In this document: piece by piece, positions 26,323 through 28,299 of the stretch | Layout of the letters: every line of letters begins with the position of its first letter | Numbering within the stretch: position 1 is the stretch's first letter | Assembly: GCF_000737315.1 (NCBI RefSeq) | Contig: NZ_JMCB01000035.1 | Span: 1-28,299, forward strand | From: Hyalangium minutum | GTDB lineage: Bacteria; Myxococcota; Myxococcia; Myxococcales; Myxococcaceae | DNA length: 28,299 nt | Reading direction: 5' to 3' | The notes under the pieces: generated by a model | What the model was told of the DNA's origin: nothing | What the model saw: the letters and a program-made list of their open reading frames with translations, nothing else | Database searches by the model: none | Position numbers and translations under genes: made by a program

Positions 26323-28203
26323 ATGCCTTCTGCTTTGAAGACAGGGTTGGGAGTGATTGCGAAGCTCGTGATGACTTCAGCGTTGCTGTGTCTAGCGTGC
26401 CGGGAGGAACTCCAGGGATGGAACGAAGATCCGCCCCATGAAGGGCGCACCGCTCAAGCTCTTCAGGCGACGGCCGGTGGGACTTGGGTGGCCACGAAGC
26501 TCATGGTTAATGCTCGCGACTTCCACTCGGGGACGCTGTTGTCTGACGGCAAGGTGCTGGTCATCGGAGGGGTGGGCCCCAGTGGGGAACTCACCCGTGC
26601 GGAGGTGTACGACCCGGACATGGGAGCGTGGAGCCTCACGAACCCGATGATCATGAACCGCGTTTGTCATACGGCGACACTGCTGCCCTTGAGCAAGGTG
26701 CTGGTCGCCGGAGGTGTGGGCCTCAGCGGCGAACTCCCCCGGGCGGAGGTCTATGATCCGGATACGGGAGCGTGGAGCCTCACAGGCCCTCTGAGCACGG
26801 CCCGCTGTGGGCACACGGCGATCCTGCTATCCTCGGGCAAGGTGCTGATTGCCGGAGGCTGGAACTCGAGCGGCGCGCTCGCCAGCGCGGAGTTGTACGA
26901 TCCGGACACGGGAGAGTGGAGCCCCACGGGCTCAATGGCCACGGCCCGCCAATACCTGACGGCAACGTTGTTGCCTTCAAGCAGGGTGCTGGTCGCCGGA
27001 GGTTCCGGCCTCAGCGGCGCGCTCGCCAGCGCGGAGGTGTACGACCCGGGCACGGGACAGTGGAACCCCACGGGCCCGATGGCGACGGCCCGTGCTCGCC
27101 ACACGGCGACATCGTTGCTGGGCGGTAAGGTACTGGTCGCCGGAGGTTCTGGTCCCAGCGGTGAGCTCGCTAACACGGAGGTGTACGACCCGGACAGGGA
27201 AGAGTGGAGCCCCTCGGGCCCGATGGCCACGGCCCGCGCCCGCCACACGGCGACGCCATTGCCCGGCGGCAAGGTGCTGGTCACTGGAGGCCTTGGCCCT
27301 ACCAGCGAGCTCGACGTGGGCGGACTCGCCAGCGCGGAGGTGTACGATCCAGCCACGGGGGAGTGGAGTCTCACAGGCCCTATGGACACGGGCCGTATGC
27401 ATCACACGGCGACGCTGTTGCGCTCAGGCGAGGTGCTGGCCGTAGGGGGCTACAACTGGCCAGATGGCCGCCTCGCCAGCGCGGAAGTGTATAATCCGGC
27501 CGCGCTGGTGGTGACCTCCCCAGCCAACCACTCGACGACTAAGAATCACCGGCCGATCTACTGCGGGACGGCGAAGGCGGAAAGCACCGTCACCCTGTTC
27601 GTGGATGGGCGTGAGGTAGGTACCACGAAGGCCAACACCTCAGGAGAGTGGTGCCACCAGCAGCCTGTGAACCTGGCGGAGGGCATCCACACTGTGAGGG
27701 CCTGGGTCATGGATGTCGGTGGCAGCACCGGAGCGGACTCGAATACCAACATCTTCACGGTAGACATCACGCCTCCGGCCGTTCCGGAGCTGCTCACCCC
27801 TGCCGACGACTCGACGACCAAGGAGAACCGGCCGATCTATGGCGGGACCGCGGAGGCAGGATGTACCGTCACCGTGTTCGTGGATGGGAGTGAGGTAGGC
27901 ACCACGAAGGCCAACGCCTCGAGGGAGTGGAGCCACCAGCAGCCTGTGAACCTGGCGGACGGCAGCCACACTGTGAGGGCACGGGCCACGGATACAGGGG
28001 ACAATACCGGTCTTGACTCGAAGACCCACTCCTTCTTGGTGGATGCCACATCTCCGGAAAAACCCCTGGTGCGTGTGCCTGACGTCTTCAACACCCAGAA
28101 CCCCAGCCTTGCCGGGGTGGCGGAGGCCCGCAGTCTGGTGACGGTATGGCTGGATGGCACGGAGGTGGGAACACTCACGGCGGATGAGGTGGGAAATTGG
28201 AGC
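26323..28203 (+). pseudogene. Kelch plus bacterial Ig-like repeat lipoprotein interrupted by IS66 (missing from the ORF track because the frame stays open to the window end)
   Basis: AGGAG RBS, ATG 26323, MPSALKTGLGVIAKLVMTSALLCLAC lipobox, seven kelch blades, two full Ig repeats (279-bp period from about 27530) and half of a third cut at 28203. Confidence 0.85.
27530..28087 (+). repeat. Two near-identical 279-bp (93-aa) Ig-like domain repeats
   Basis: ACTCGACGAC... recurs at 27530 and 27809; long shared stretches such as CCACCAGCAGCCTGTGAACCTGGCGGA. Confidence 0.85.
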
Positions 28204-28299
28204 GTAAGAGTTCACCGGCTCAAGCAGCCAGAGCAGCCGGAGCGGTCTCGAAGCTCGGGAGTAGCGAGGGAGGCTGGAGGCCGTGGCGGTGCGCCGCCA
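28204..28299 (-). mobile_element. tnpC: IS66-family element, right end (tnpC 3' end, stop at 28220-28222)
   Basis: Starts GTAAGAGTTCACCGG; identical in reverse complement to 1-88; interrupts the kelch-Ig gene. Confidence 0.8.

Noticed and set aside
23759-27500. Regularly spaced repeats that could mimic a CRISPR array
   Set aside because: They are in-frame degenerate kelch repeats with no unique spacers and no cas genes.
28290-28299. GTGCG near the right end as a group II intron 5' end
   Set aside because: It lies inside the IS66 tnpC coding sequence; no intron domains or RT gene are present.

Overview
GC-rich myxobacterial DNA, most likely Cystobacterineae/Archangiaceae (inferred from a TIGR03001-type sigma factor plus Ser/Thr kinase pair, ELWxxDGT, kelch and Ig lipoproteins, and a PilZ-acyltransferase). 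Both ends carry the same IS66-family right end (3' end of tnpC) in inverted orientation, so the window is probably a whole contig broken at IS copies. It is an accessory mosaic. Apparently intact genes: an NmrA/TetR pair plus a second TetR whose NmrA partner is frameshifted, a dirigent/AOC-barrel lipoprotein, a Myxococcales sigma factor, a fascin lipoprotein, mgtA with a flippase-like membrane gene, a Wze/BY-kinase-like gene, a PilZ-GNAT plus heme-oxygenase-like diiron enzyme operon, and a kelch-Ig lipoprotein. Between them are many truncated, internally deleted or chimeric genes. The two strongest leads are (1) a coupled, probably sigma54-driven PilZ-acyltransferase / diiron oxidase operon that looks like a c-di-GMP-linked small-molecule pathway, and (2) an orphan 831-aa GT9-like glycosyltransferase with tandem SH3-like barrels, bracketed by two direct copies of an IS91/ISCR-type oriIS end, which suggests rolling-circle gene capture. 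No tRNA, rRNA or CRISPR array was seen. All family calls come from motif recognition by eye; no database searches were run.
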